Assembly (NCBI GenBank): GCA_046313635.1
Contig: JBKBYA010000001.1
Span: 504,189 to 556,240 of the forward strand
DNA from: Pyrinomonadaceae bacterium
GTDB lineage: Bacteria > Acidobacteriota > Blastocatellia > Pyrinomonadales > Pyrinomonadaceae
Direction of reading: 5' to 3'
DNA: 52,052 bases
Shown here: in pieces, positions 34,501 to 44,453 of the stretch
How the letters are laid out: every line of letters begins with the position of its first letter
Position numbering within the stretch: position 1 is the stretch's first letter
Notes under the pieces: model-generated
Told to the model about the DNA's origin: nothing
Database searches by the model: none
Seen by the model: only the letters and a program-made list of their open reading frames with translations
Made by a program: the position numbers and the translations under genes

Positions 34501-36051
34501 GCCGGCACCGGCAAGACGCTTTCGGTGGCGACGTACACGGTGAACGACGGCAATAGCGGAAATAATTATGCGGTCTCGACGGTCGCCAACACCAACGGCA
34601 CGATCGATCGTGCGCCGCTGACGATCACCGCGGTCACAAACACAAAGGTGTTTGACAACACGACAAGTGCCGCCGCTATTCCCACTGTCGGCGGACTTCA
34701 GTCCGGCGACAGTGTCACGGGTCTCAGCGAGACGTACGACAACCCGTCCGTCGGCAGCGGCAAGACGCTCAGCGTCGCGTCGTACACCGTCGAGGACGGC
34801 AACAGCGGCGGCAACTACAACGTCTCGACGGTTGTGAATACGACCGGCGTGATCACACTCGCCGGCACGACTACGTCCGTGACCGTTTCGCCCGCGTCGC
34901 AGCAGTACAGCGACTCGGTCACGCTGACGGCGTATATCGCAGCGATAAACCCGGCGCTGAATTCGCTCGGGGCGGGATCGGTGCAGTTCTGCATCGACGG
35001 CGTCAATTTCGGCTCGCCCGTCACGGCAGCATTTACGTTGTCGGGCGGCACCGCGACGCTGAACTTCAACAACCAGCTCGCACCGGGTGATCATACGGTC
35101 ACCGCGAAATTCATCAGCACCAACGCGAATCTCGCCGGCAGCATGAGCTCTGCTTCGTCTCCCAATCTGACGATTACCCGCGAGGACGCTCGGGTCTTCT
35201 ATAACGGAATGCTCTTCGTCAATACATCGTGCGCGACATGCGGCAATGCCACAGTGCAGCTCGCGGCGACGGTCAAGGACATAACGGCCGTTCTGGGCGA
35301 TCTTGCATACGACCCGAATGCCGGCAATATAGCGAATGCCACGCTGACGTTCGTCAATCGAGATTCGCACACCGACATCGCGACCGTTCCGATATCGCTT
35401 GTCTCCGCGGGCGATACCACGAGCGGAACGGCCGTCTACAATTGGAACGTCAACATTGGTTCGGCTGATTCTCTCGATTACACCATTGGTATCCGCATAA
35501 ACGGTTATTACACACGCGACGCATCGACCGACGACGAGGTGATAACGGTCTCGAAACCCATCGGCACGAACTTCATAACGGGCGGCGGTCATCTCGTAAT
35601 GACGAGCCCGACGGGATCGGCCGGTCAATACGCAGGCGTTTCCGGCGCAAAGGTCAACTTTGGCTTCAACGTCAAATACAACAACTCGGGCCGGAACCTG
35701 CAGGGGCGTATAAACGTCATTGTGCGCGGCGCGAACGGCCGGGTCTATCAGGTCAAGGGAAATCAGATGGACACTCTGACCGTGAACAACGCCAACCCCG
35801 CGTCGAGGACAGCGGTCTATACAGGTAAGTGCAACTTGACCGATATTACCGATTCGCTAAACCCGATCTCGCTCGGCGGCGGTCATTCGTTCCAGATGAA
35901 ACTGACGGATAAGGGCGAGCCGGGAAGTACGGATACGATCGGGATCACCGTTTACGCCAACAATACGGGGGCATTGCTTTTCTCGAGTCGTTGGAATGGA
36001 ACACAAACCCTCGAGCAGATCCTCGGCGGCGGAAATTTGGTCGTGCGGTAA
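25552..36051 (+). CDS. Giant secreted adhesin-like protein: kelch-like propeller, Ig-like, many YDG and MBG repeats
   Basis: RBS aggag at 25539; R.GHTAT.L.DGRVLIAGG kelch repeats; many K.YDG...F.DK.VG.GK and KTYG..DP repeats; about 3500 aa. Confidence 0.88.
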   Translation: MSKLSRNARVSAARVVSARAAAACLLAAGILVVAISAAFAMGLPFTQPLASVVFGAGGAASPEASQSATPDKESQVSLASAALTGGALNAARSGHTATRLADGRVLIAGGDAAGTAEVYDPVSGVSATTGNLIADRSRHAAFLLADGRVLVAGGSVGGTSAATTEIYDPSTGTFSTGPSMTSPRSGHTATRLNDGSILIAGGGTDTAEKFDGVAFTAIAAAMTTSRAGHSAALMNDGRVLIVGGSSADGEELQSAEIFDPVDQTFNATGSSMAHHRSGAHLRVLPDGKVQIIGGSDDLSMEVYDPAIDTIGAHAHLVPVDDEHANLMRIDILSAQTRAALFYNGQTDPLVDRSAQTITELGSTALVAGGIDSSGAAINSFSTVGSSSATVTTDKLDYAPGQTAVISGTNWQPGEIVEIVLHEDPHTHTERRLTATADANGAFRANYPVEQHDLNVTFIVGAKGQSSGRTAQTTFTDAATDPTPQPLPYSQDFSTLAHNSNTYPAGWQGWTLGSTSTTSFRTNSPLENEALQANRAANNNNTGVSNYSGKIGILAGGSSTTDPSLALALNTTGFSSIQVAFDIMTIRNPYDGSSNNRINQVDLQYRVCPTSPTPCTVSFGSVTNLANGIYQNNTTTQTSNTTAPQNSQAKSFTLPADANNQPIVHIRWVQRDVSGNGFRPSFAVDNISVSGAAACTAAIVTTHPTNQTVTYGQNAVFAAAASGSPAPSVLWEVSTDGGGTWTSTGVTTSTLTLTTPTVAMSGYKYRAVFTNTCGGTQTATSDPATLTVNQKTVSGSFTVSSKVYDGSTSAAILTRSINSADIVGGDVVTLTGGTATFDTKSVGNGKTVTGTGFTLGGAQAANYTLGTVATTTANITALAITCDAAVNSKVYDGTTSATISGRTLTGVIAPDAVTCTGGTAAFADKNVGTGKTVNITGLSLTGADSGNYTVNPTDTASADITPKGLTISGAVALGKVYDRTTSAAVSFVSASLIGVIAPDVVTIDSSAYTASFATKDVGTAKSVTVSGVTLGGAGAGNYTVSQPAGLTADITAKGLTLTGASGVDRVYNGLTNASVNFTAASLTGVIAPDVVGFDTAGYSASFADKSVGSAKPVTVSGIVLNGADAGNYSVTQPAGLTANITALGITGSFTAENKTYDGTTAASVLTRSLTGSISGDAVSLAGGTAAFADKHVGSGKTVTLTGATLDGADAGNYTLGSVAAATANITQRAITVTAEDNSKTYGDSDPALTYQVTAGSLATGDAFTGAVARGAGENFATYSIGQGSLAIDDANGGGNYALTFVAGTFTIGKRSITIKADDKSKTYGSSDPALTHTVTGGSLAFSDTVTGSLTRAAGENVGSYAITQGSLAISDGNGGANYTLTFNNGSLQIDALTVTVTPTSDQTKVYGSADPALAYGFAPALAFSDTFSGALARDAGEGVGQYDITQGTLALSSNYVLNFAAGVKFTVTAKALTASITSSDKTYDGTAAAAFTCSLTGVVGTDDVSCTGGTATFDTANVGTGKTVTVNGLGLAGAAAGNYTVNSSATDTADITALGLTITGAAAQNKVYDGGTAAAVSFTGATLATPIAGDDVSIDASGYSASFGDKSVGSGKPVTVSGVTLSGAQAANYTVAQPSGLTANITPKMITATVTADNKTYDGSAAATISGCSLTGVIDGDSVGCVTTGYSASFADANAGLGKAVTATGLTKSGADAANYSFDGTGTGTADIGKASSTTTITISNATYNGLPHGGTATVTGAGGLSTTVAITYSGRNGTVYAASTTPPTNAGDYTASASYAGDANHEPSNDTKDFSIAKANQTITFTGAPATAIYNTNFAVTATSDSGLAVTVTSSGACSNVGTTVTMTSGTGTCSLRASQGGDANYNAAEDQYQTTTAQKAAATIVLSDLEHTYDATPKSATATATADSLAGAMNELTSLSVVSITYDSSPTAPTNAGSYAVAATLTNDNYEAEPATGTLVINKRSLSVTADDKTITFGDADPTFTFAYGAFAGSDGDTDIDTPPTCGVAGPHSNAGSYTIACSGGSDNNYSFSFTDGTLTINKAASTTTLTFEAGPYVYRGTAFTASANVTGAGGLNEAVSVVYSGDCTNVTTTDGCTATATYAESANHLGSVDTKSITITQAPVTATAGSGSAIYDGSSKSPGACVVSGTYKGDLACTNDPATVGPGAGTYPTAPSVTGTGLGNFAITSVAGSYEIAQAASTTVVTCPPSVVYNGAAQTPCSVSVTGAGGLSLTPDASYLNNLNVGTATASYTFTGDANHTGSDDSETFGISKAPVTATAGSGSAIYNAMTHSPSACIIGGTYTGDLTCANVPASVGPAAGTTTITPTVSGTGLSNFEITSTNGSFTINKADATIVVNGYSGTYDGTSHGASGTATGVEGESLAGLDLGSSFTNVPGGTASWTFTDETGNYNNASGTAGIVINQAPLTITASSHTVTYGDVAPTVTPTYDGFVTGEGPANLTSLPVCSTTYTQGSAAGGSYTTSCSGAAGVVTGNYAISYVNGTVTVNKATPTISVTGGTFTYDGMPHAASGFAYGLGGVGDVLTPAVTISYAGSGSTVYPSSPTAPTGAGTYVATASYAGSTNYSANSDTAALTIEKAGSTVTVSAANAQFDGSAHGATASWASTSTDGQGGGLTVSYVGINSTSYGPTNTPPTNAGDYRASASFDGDANHTGSSNHADYSITKAPSVVAITCPASVTYNGSPQSPCTAEATGVAMSPIDLTSAITYGDNTNAGTASADVTWSGDANHNGNSDSETFNIAKADANCVVTGFSGQYDGGEHGASGTCTGLGGASDVLTGLVVATTTYRNVPGGAVHWTFTHQNYADESGDATVTITAKPVVVTATAGQTKVYGDADPTFAYTTDVPLIAPDSFTGALSRAAGQNAGTYAINLGSLAVNDGNSGGNYALTFSGADFTITKRTLTLTAQPNTKTYDGTTSAAATPTIVGLQYSDTVTGLTETYDTKHAGTGKTLSVATYTVNDGNSGNNYAVSTVANTNGTIDRAPLTITAVTNTKVFDNTTSAAAIPTVGGLQSGDSVTGLSETYDNPSVGSGKTLSVASYTVEDGNSGGNYNVSTVVNTTGVITLAGTTTSVTVSPASQQYSDSVTLTAYIAAINPALNSLGAGSVQFCIDGVNFGSPVTAAFTLSGGTATLNFNNQLAPGDHTVTAKFISTNANLAGSMSSASSPNLTITREDARVFYNGMLFVNTSCATCGNATVQLAATVKDITAVLGDLAYDPNAGNIANATLTFVNRDSHTDIATVPISLVSAGDTTSGTAVYNWNVNIGSADSLDYTIGIRINGYYTRDASTDDEVITVSKPIGTNFITGGGHLVMTSPTGSAGQYAGVSGAKVNFGFNVKYNNSGRNLQGRINVIVRGANGRVYQVKGNQMDTLTVNNANPASRTAVYTGKCNLTDITDSLNPISLGGGHSFQMKLTDKGEPGSTDTIGITVYANNTGALLFSSRWNGTQTLEQILGGGNLVVR

Positions 36052-36092
36052 GCGACCGATCGGGAGGCTTCAGCCATCTTGATATGAAGAAG

Positions 36093-36131
36093 AAACAGCT
36101 GACGGCGGATTGCCGTCAGCTGTTTTTATTT
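36093..36131. terminator. Bidirectional terminator between the adhesin and grpE
   Basis: aaacagctgacggc-ggatt-gccgtcagctgttt plus a T tail. Confidence 0.88.
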
Positions 36132-36143
36132 TCTGTTTAAATT

Positions 36144-36842
36144 CTACTCGCCGGCGGATTGGGCCAGGGATTTGGCGACTTGGACTCGGGCGGGGCGGAG
36201 GAGGCGGTCTCCTAGTTTGTAGCCGCGCGAGTATTCGGCGGTGATGCGGCCGTCCTGGTCGGGCGAGTCGACGGGCAGCATATCGAGCGCCTCGTGCAGC
36301 TCGGGGTTAAATTCTTCGCCGACCGACGGCACGGCTTCGACGCCGACGCTCATCAGCGCCTGCTCAAACGAACGTGCGGTACCGATCACACCCTCGCGCA
36401 GGTGATCGAGCGAAGGGTCTTTTTCGCTTGCCTCGATCGCGCGGTTGAGGTTGTCGAGCACGGGCAGCAGCGTGGTAAGGAAGTTGAACTGCGACTGCTT
36501 GGCCTGCGCGTCGAGCGTCTTCTTGAGCCGCTCGCGCATCTCCGCGGTCTCGCGCTCGAGCGCGCTCTTGGCCTCTTCAAATTTGGCCTGCACGCCGACA
36601 AGCTTTGCTTCCGCAGCCTCGCGGCGTTCGGTCTCGGCCTTGAGCTTTTGCTCGAGCTCGGCCTCGCGGCGCGAAGGCCCCGCCTGATCCGTCTTCGGCT
36701 CGTCCGACGAGGTCGAGGCCGCGTCGGTCCGCACGCCGTCCTCGGTCACGCGGCGGCGGTCGCTCACAGGTATCTTCACCTCTTCGCCCTGATTCTCTTC
36801 GTTGATCTGATCATTCGCACTCATCTTTCTTTTCTTGAACAT
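36144..36842 (-). CDS. grpE: Nucleotide exchange factor GrpE
   Basis: LLPVLDNL.RA, FNPELHEAL and GYKLGDRLLRPARVQV motifs. Confidence 0.93.
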   Translation of the reverse strand: MFKKRKMSANDQINEENQGEEVKIPVSDRRRVTEDGVRTDAASTSSDEPKTDQAGPSRREAELEQKLKAETERREAAEAKLVGVQAKFEEAKSALERETAEMRERLKKTLDAQAKQSQFNFLTTLLPVLDNLNRAIEASEKDPSLDHLREGVIGTARSFEQALMSVGVEAVPSVGEEFNPELHEALDMLPVDSPDQDGRITAEYSRGYKLGDRLLRPARVQVAKSLAQSAGE

Positions 36843-36872
36843 CCTTCGTAAATTCTAGTTCGTCACACGGCC

Positions 36873-36987
36873 AATGCAGAAGCCCGCGCGTGAGCAAGGG
36901 CGTAACAGTCAACTTCGATCGAGCCGGATCCGGCCGCGGTCTCAGCGATGCTTGTGACGCCCTCGCTTACGGTCAGGCCTCTGCATT
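36873..36987. repeat. REP/REPIN-like inverted-repeat element between clpB and grpE
   Basis: 35-nt arms aatgcagaagcccgcgcgtgagcaagggcgtaaca and tgtgacgccctcgcttacggtcaggcctctgcatt. Confidence 0.8.
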
Positions 36988-36990
36988 TGG

Positions 36991-39609
<2,619 letters not shown>

Positions 39610-39748
39610 TTTTTTAGCTCCGGGTTAGAACCGGATCACAGCTTTCGCCGGATCTCATCTCAAAAAGCTCGGCAGCGGCCCCCTGTTTTCGGAAGCCACT
39701 GCCTCGCTCACATATCCTTGCCGGCCGCGATCGGCCGGTGCCGGGGCC

Positions 39749-40240
39749 TTAAGCGTTTGCGCTCTTGGACTCGGCGTTGATCTGCTTGACCTGCGAACCG
39801 TCGCCGGCCTTGATCTCGATGCGGCGCGGCTTGGCCTCTTCGCGCTTCATCAACGTGAGGCGCAGGACGCCGTTTTCAAAGACCGCGTCGACATTCTCGC
39901 TCGAGACGGTCGGCGGCAGCGTGAACGACCGGGTGAAAGACCCGTAGCTGCGCTCGACTCGATGGAAGTTGTCCTGCTCGTCCTTTTTCTCAAACTTGCG
40001 TTCGCCGTGGATGGTCAGGACGTTGTTCTCGATAGAGATGTTGACATCCTCCGGCTTCATTCCCGGAAGCTCGGCCTCGAGCACGATGCTGTCCTTGTTC
40101 TCAAATATGTCCACGCTCGGGCTCCATGCGCCGCGCATTATGTCGCTGCCGCCCCGGTTGAAGCTGGTGCTGAAAAGACGATTCACCTCGTCCTGAAGGC
40201 TCCTCAATTCACGGAATGGGTCGTATGTCACCAAATTCAT
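39749..40240 (-). CDS. Hsp20/alpha-crystallin small heat shock protein
   Basis: P.VDI.E, AELPG, ERSYGSFTRSF.LP and NGVL motifs; RBS ggaggt. Confidence 0.95.
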   Translation of the reverse strand: MNLVTYDPFRELRSLQDEVNRLFSTSFNRGGSDIMRGAWSPSVDIFENKDSIVLEAELPGMKPEDVNISIENNVLTIHGERKFEKKDEQDNFHRVERSYGSFTRSFTLPPTVSSENVDAVFENGVLRLTLMKREEAKPRRIEIKAGDGSQVKQINAESKSANA

Positions 40241-40304
40241 GATTCTTTACCTCCCAAACGTTTAGGTTGATACGGTATGAAGACTAATGACTTAGTCCAC
40301 TCAG

Positions 40305-40333
40305 ATAATAAAATCTGAGTGTGGTATTGTCAA
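40305..40333 (-). promoter_or_regulatory. sigma70 promoter of hsp20-clpB-grpE, overlapped by an inverted repeat / HAIR-like operator
   Basis: The minus strand reads TTGACA-N17-TATTAT; palindrome cactcagat-aataaa-atctgagtg at 40298-40321. Confidence 0.8.
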
Positions 40334-40496
40334 GCACTTTTTTAGAAGAATTTTTCATCCGGCGGGTTGCCTGACCGAGGGCCGCCGAGGATGACAGATT
40401 TTGGCCTTGTCGGTTATAGTTAACGGGCCCGAATTCAATAGATCCTGAATTTATTTCCCCGAACCCGGCCCTGGATTCACCGGTCGGGAGATCGAT

Positions 40497-41576
40497 ATGA
40501 ACCTCTACAAAGAGATCCTCGCTCCGCTCGCGGCCGTCGTTGCGGCGTTCGTTGTAGGCGGGCTGATCGTAGTGCTGATCGGCGACGACCCGGTCGCGGC
40601 CTATTCGCTTCTGCTGTCAAACTCGTTCGGCTCGGTGCGCGATATCGGATGGACGTTGCATTACGCGACGCCTCTGATCTTTACGGGGCTTGCGGTCGCG
40701 GTCGCATTTCGCTGCGGGCTGCTGAATATCGGTGCCGAAGGCCAGCTCTACGTCGCGGCGTTTGCGACCGCGTGGGTCGGGATGAAGTTTGGCGGGACGG
40801 TCGTGGAAATCTTTGGCAAGCAAGAGTCGTGGGCATGGGCAAGTCTGCCGCCGGTCTTGCTCGTACCGCTCTGCGTCTTGACGGCGGTCGTCGTCGGCGG
40901 GCTGTGGGGCGCGATCCCGGGGATTCTAAAGGCGCGATTCGGCTCGCACGAGGTGATCAATACGATCATGCTCAACTTCATCGCTGTCGCGCTGGTCGGG
41001 TACCTGACGCAGTATCACTACAAGGTGCCGGGCGACCCGATCCTGCAGACGGCGCCGATCGGCGAGGCGGCGCACATTCCGCGGCTCAACGAGTTCTTGC
41101 CCTTTATTTCGCACGACGTGCCGCTGAATGTGGCATTCCTGATCGCGCTGGTGATGTGCGCGGTCGTGTACGTCTTTTTATGGAAGACAAAGTGGGGCTA
41201 CGAGCTGCGGGCCGTCGGCGAAAATCCCTCGGCGGCCGAATACGGCGGCATCTCGCCGCGCAAGCAGATCGTCATCGCGATGACGATCTCGGGAGCGCTT
41301 GCCGGGATGGTCGCGATCGGCGAGGTGCTCGGCACGCGTTACAACTACTATCACGACTTTTCGGCGCAGTGGGGCTTTTTGGGGATCGCGGTCGCGCTGC
41401 TCGGGCGCAATCATCCGCTCGGCGTTCTGATCGCGGCGATATTCTTCGGCGTGCTGCTGCGGGGCGAGATCTTTGTCGACGCTTTTACGAGGTACGTTTC
41501 GAAGGACCTCGGATTCGTTCTGCAGGCGATCATGATCTTGTTCGTCGCGTGCTTTCAAAAATTCGCGAGGCGCTGA
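40497..41576 (+). CDS. Nucleoside/sugar ABC transporter permease 1
   Basis: GLLNIGAEGQ, HEVINTIMLN and GYELRAVGENP.AA.YGG motifs. Confidence 0.9.
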   Translation: MNLYKEILAPLAAVVAAFVVGGLIVVLIGDDPVAAYSLLLSNSFGSVRDIGWTLHYATPLIFTGLAVAVAFRCGLLNIGAEGQLYVAAFATAWVGMKFGGTVVEIFGKQESWAWASLPPVLLVPLCVLTAVVVGGLWGAIPGILKARFGSHEVINTIMLNFIAVALVGYLTQYHYKVPGDPILQTAPIGEAAHIPRLNEFLPFISHDVPLNVAFLIALVMCAVVYVFLWKTKWGYELRAVGENPSAAEYGGISPRKQIVIAMTISGALAGMVAIGEVLGTRYNYYHDFSAQWGFLGIAVALLGRNHPLGVLIAAIFFGVLLRGEIFVDAFTRYVSKDLGFVLQAIMILFVACFQKFARR

Positions 41577-41588
41577 GGTAGCGAGAAA

Positions 41589-42500
41589 ATGTCAGATTTC
41601 TTCACGATCGCATTTCTGTTTTCGGCCCTGACGTCGGCGACGCCTTTGATCTTTGCGGCGCTCGGCGGATTGTTCTCTGAGCGCTCGGGCGTGATCAATA
41701 TCGCCCTCGAGGGATTGATGCTCTCGGGCGCTTTTACTGCGGCCGTCGTCACATATCAGACCGGTAATCCGTACCTCGGACTTGTCAGCGGCATCGGCGC
41801 GGGCATCGTCACGGCAGCGATCTACGCGGTCGCGGTGATCAGGTTCGAGGCCGACCAGGTCGTCGCAGGGATGGCGATCAACTTCCTTATGCTCGGGCTG
41901 CCCGCGCTGATCAGCGGCGTGATCTACGACTCGACGGGTTCGACGCCGCAGATCGATCAGGCGTACAAGATACCATTCATCCTCGGCGGGTTGTCGTACG
42001 CGACGATCCTCGCATTCGTCTGCGTCGCGGTCGCGTGGTACGTCCTCTACAAGACGCCATTCGGGCTCAGGCTGAGAGCCGTCGGCGAAAACCCCGGAGC
42101 CGCCGACGCGGCGGGCGTCAACGTCGTTCGCCTGCGCTACATCGCGGTGATCATCTCGGGCGTGCTGGCGTCGATCGGCGGCGCGTTTCTCTCGACGGGC
42201 CAGTCTTCGCTCTTTACGCGCGGCATGTCGGCGGGCCGCGGATTTATCGCGCTGGCGGCCCTGATCCTTGCAAAGTGGAAGCCTGTGCCCGTACTGCTCG
42301 CGTGTCTCTTTTTCGGGTTTACCGAGGCGCTCACCATCCAGATCCAGGGCGCATCTTGGGCCAAGATCGGCGACGAGCCCGTTCCGGTGCAGTTCATCGA
42401 GATGATCCCGTACGTCCTCACGATCATCGTCCTCGCCGGCTTTATCGGCCTCTCGCGCGCGCCGAAGGCCCTCGGCATTCCATACCGTAAAGAAAGCTGA
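41589..42500 (+). CDS. Nucleoside/sugar ABC transporter permease 2
   Basis: ERSGVINIALEG, GLRLRAVGENP, GRGFIALAA and P.ALG.PY motifs. Confidence 0.9.
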   Translation: MSDFFTIAFLFSALTSATPLIFAALGGLFSERSGVINIALEGLMLSGAFTAAVVTYQTGNPYLGLVSGIGAGIVTAAIYAVAVIRFEADQVVAGMAINFLMLGLPALISGVIYDSTGSTPQIDQAYKIPFILGGLSYATILAFVCVAVAWYVLYKTPFGLRLRAVGENPGAADAAGVNVVRLRYIAVIISGVLASIGGAFLSTGQSSLFTRGMSAGRGFIALAALILAKWKPVPVLLACLFFGFTEALTIQIQGASWAKIGDEPVPVQFIEMIPYVLTIIVLAGFIGLSRAPKALGIPYRKES

Positions 42501-43360
42501 TGAATTACGAAAACGCAGTCGAGGCGGCCGAGTACATTCGCTCAAGGTTTGACCGGCCGGTCAGGACCGCCGTCGTGCTCGGCAGCGGTCTCGGAGCATT
42601 TGCCGACGAGCTCGAAAGGGCCGTCCGCATCCCGTACGACGAGATCCCGCACTTTGCGCGCTCGACGGTCGAAGGGCACGCGGGGCAGCTCGTGCTCGGC
42701 GAGGTCGCGGGCGTGCCGGTCGCGGTGCAGCAGGGCCGGTTTCACTTCTACGAGGGCTACGAGATGCCGCAGGTGATCTTTCCGATGCGCGCCTTTCGTC
42801 GTATGGGTGTCGAGAACGTGATTCTCACGAACGCTGCCGGCAGTCTCAACACAGATATGCCGCCCGGCAGTCTGATGCTGATCACCGACCATCTGAACAT
42901 GATGGGCGTCAACCCGCTGCGCGGCGCCAATGACGAGCGCTTTGGGCCGCGGTTCCCGGATATGACCGAGGTCTACGACCGCGAGCTGCAGCAGATCGTC
43001 GTCGATGAGGCGACCGAGATCGCGAGAGAGAGTTCGCACGGCTCGCACGCCACCGACCACACTGAGTTTCTCCATCGCGGCGTTTACTGCGCGCTTTCGG
43101 GGCCGACCTACGAGACGCCGACCGAGATCAAAATGTACCGCCTCCTCGGCGCCGACGCCGTCGGAATGTCGACCGTCCCCGAAGCGATCGCCGCGCGTCA
43201 CCAGGGAATGCGCGTCCTCGGTATATCGTGCATCACCAATTTCGGCGCGGGGATGACCGGCGACATCATTCATCACCAAGAGGTCATGGAAACGGGCGCG
43301 CGCGTTGCGGCGGTCTTTAGGCAACTTCTTACGCGGGTCGTTAAGAGGATCGGTCCTTAG
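42500..43360 (+). CDS. punA: Purine-nucleoside phosphorylase (trimeric type)
   Basis: VLGSGLG, STVEGHAG, GRFHFYEG, TNAAG, GPTYET and VGMSTVPE motifs. Confidence 0.93.
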   Translation: MNYENAVEAAEYIRSRFDRPVRTAVVLGSGLGAFADELERAVRIPYDEIPHFARSTVEGHAGQLVLGEVAGVPVAVQQGRFHFYEGYEMPQVIFPMRAFRRMGVENVILTNAAGSLNTDMPPGSLMLITDHLNMMGVNPLRGANDERFGPRFPDMTEVYDRELQQIVVDEATEIARESSHGSHATDHTEFLHRGVYCALSGPTYETPTEIKMYRLLGADAVGMSTVPEAIAARHQGMRVLGISCITNFGAGMTGDIIHHQEVMETGARVAAVFRQLLTRVVKRIGP

Positions 43361-43383
43361 TCATTGGTCCTTGGTCATTGGTC
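43353..43383. repeat. Heptamer array GTC(C/A)TT(G/A) x4, left arm
   Basis: gtcctta gtcattg gtccttg gtcattg gtc; the PNP stop codon lies inside it. Confidence 0.85.
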
Positions 43384-43416
43384 TACGGAGGTTTCGGTTT
43401 GGAGGTGGGAAACAGT

Positions 43417-43830
43417 ATGAGTCAAACGCGAACTAATTTTCAGAATCTGCGTGTTTACCAATTGTCCGAAGATCTGGCCGATGCGGTGTGGGAGATGGTT
43501 CTTTGCTGGGATAACTTTGCCAAAGATACTATTGGGAAACAATTGGTTCGTTCGGTCGATTCGATCGGGGCAAATATATCCGAGGGCGAAGGGCGCGGCA
43601 GCTACCAGGACAATCGCCGTTTTATCAAGATCGCACGAGGGTCTTTGCAGGAGACGCAGCATTGACTGCGCCGAGCGTACAAGCGCGGCCTTTTGTCTGA
43701 GGATCAGACCAAAAGGCTGAGCCCGATCACGAATCAACTGGCACCCATGCTCAATGCCTATCTGCGGTCTATCGGGCCGCTGACCACGGCCAAGGACAAA
43801 GGACAAAGGACCAATGACCAAATAATATGA
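43417..43830 (+). pseudogene. Four helix bundle protein with an internal TGA (43663-43665)
   Basis: FQNLRVYQLSE..., QLVRSVDSIGANISEG.GRG, ARGSLQETQH*LRRAYKR...LAPMLNAYLRSIG; the frame continues to a TGA that overlaps the udk ATG. Confidence 0.85.
43791..43823. repeat. Heptamer array (C/A)AA(G/T)GAC x4, right arm
   Basis: caaggac aaaggac aaaggac caatgac caaat; reverse complement of the 43353-43383 units. Confidence 0.85.
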
Positions 43831-44453
43831 TCATCGGAATTTGCGGCGGAACAGGTTCAGGGAAGACGACGATCGCGCGTTCGATCGTTGAGGCGATCGG
43901 CGCCGATCGAGTCGTGCTGGTCGAGCAGGACTCTTACTATCGCGATCTCGCCGACATGCCGCTGGACGAGCGTCATCAGGCCAACTTCGATCATCCCGAC
44001 TCGATCGACAGCGACATGATGGTCAATCACCTCAAGCGCCTGAAGCAGGGGCAAAAGGTCGAGATGCCGCTGTACGATTTCGTCACCCACACGCGTAGCG
44101 ACCGCATTGTGGTGATCGAGCCAAGGCCGGTCGTGATCGTCGAGGGAATTTTGATCTTTGCAGAGCCGCGCGTGCTCGACCTGCTCGACATCAGGATCTT
44201 TGTCGACACGCCCGACGACGTGCGGCTGATCCGGCGGCTGCGGCGCGACTTTACAGAACGCGGCCGCACATTCGAGCGCACGCTCGAGCAGTACGAGCGG
44301 ACCATCCGCCCGATGCATTTCGAATTTGTCGAGCCCTCGAAGCGGCACGCCGACGTGATCGTCCCCGAAGGCAGCCAGACCGGCATTACCGTCGACCTGC
44401 TCTGCAGCCTCATCCGCGAAAAGCTCGCTGCCGAGAGTCCGGCGGTCGTATGA
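43827..44453 (+). CDS. udk: Uridine kinase
   Basis: IGICGGTGSGKTT, QDSYY, NFDHP, EGIL and RR..RD..ERGR motifs. Confidence 0.95.
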   Translation: MIIGICGGTGSGKTTIARSIVEAIGADRVVLVEQDSYYRDLADMPLDERHQANFDHPDSIDSDMMVNHLKRLKQGQKVEMPLYDFVTHTRSDRIVVIEPRPVVIVEGILIFAEPRVLDLLDIRIFVDTPDDVRLIRRLRRDFTERGRTFERTLEQYERTIRPMHFEFVEPSKRHADVIVPEGSQTGITVDLLCSLIREKLAAESPAVV

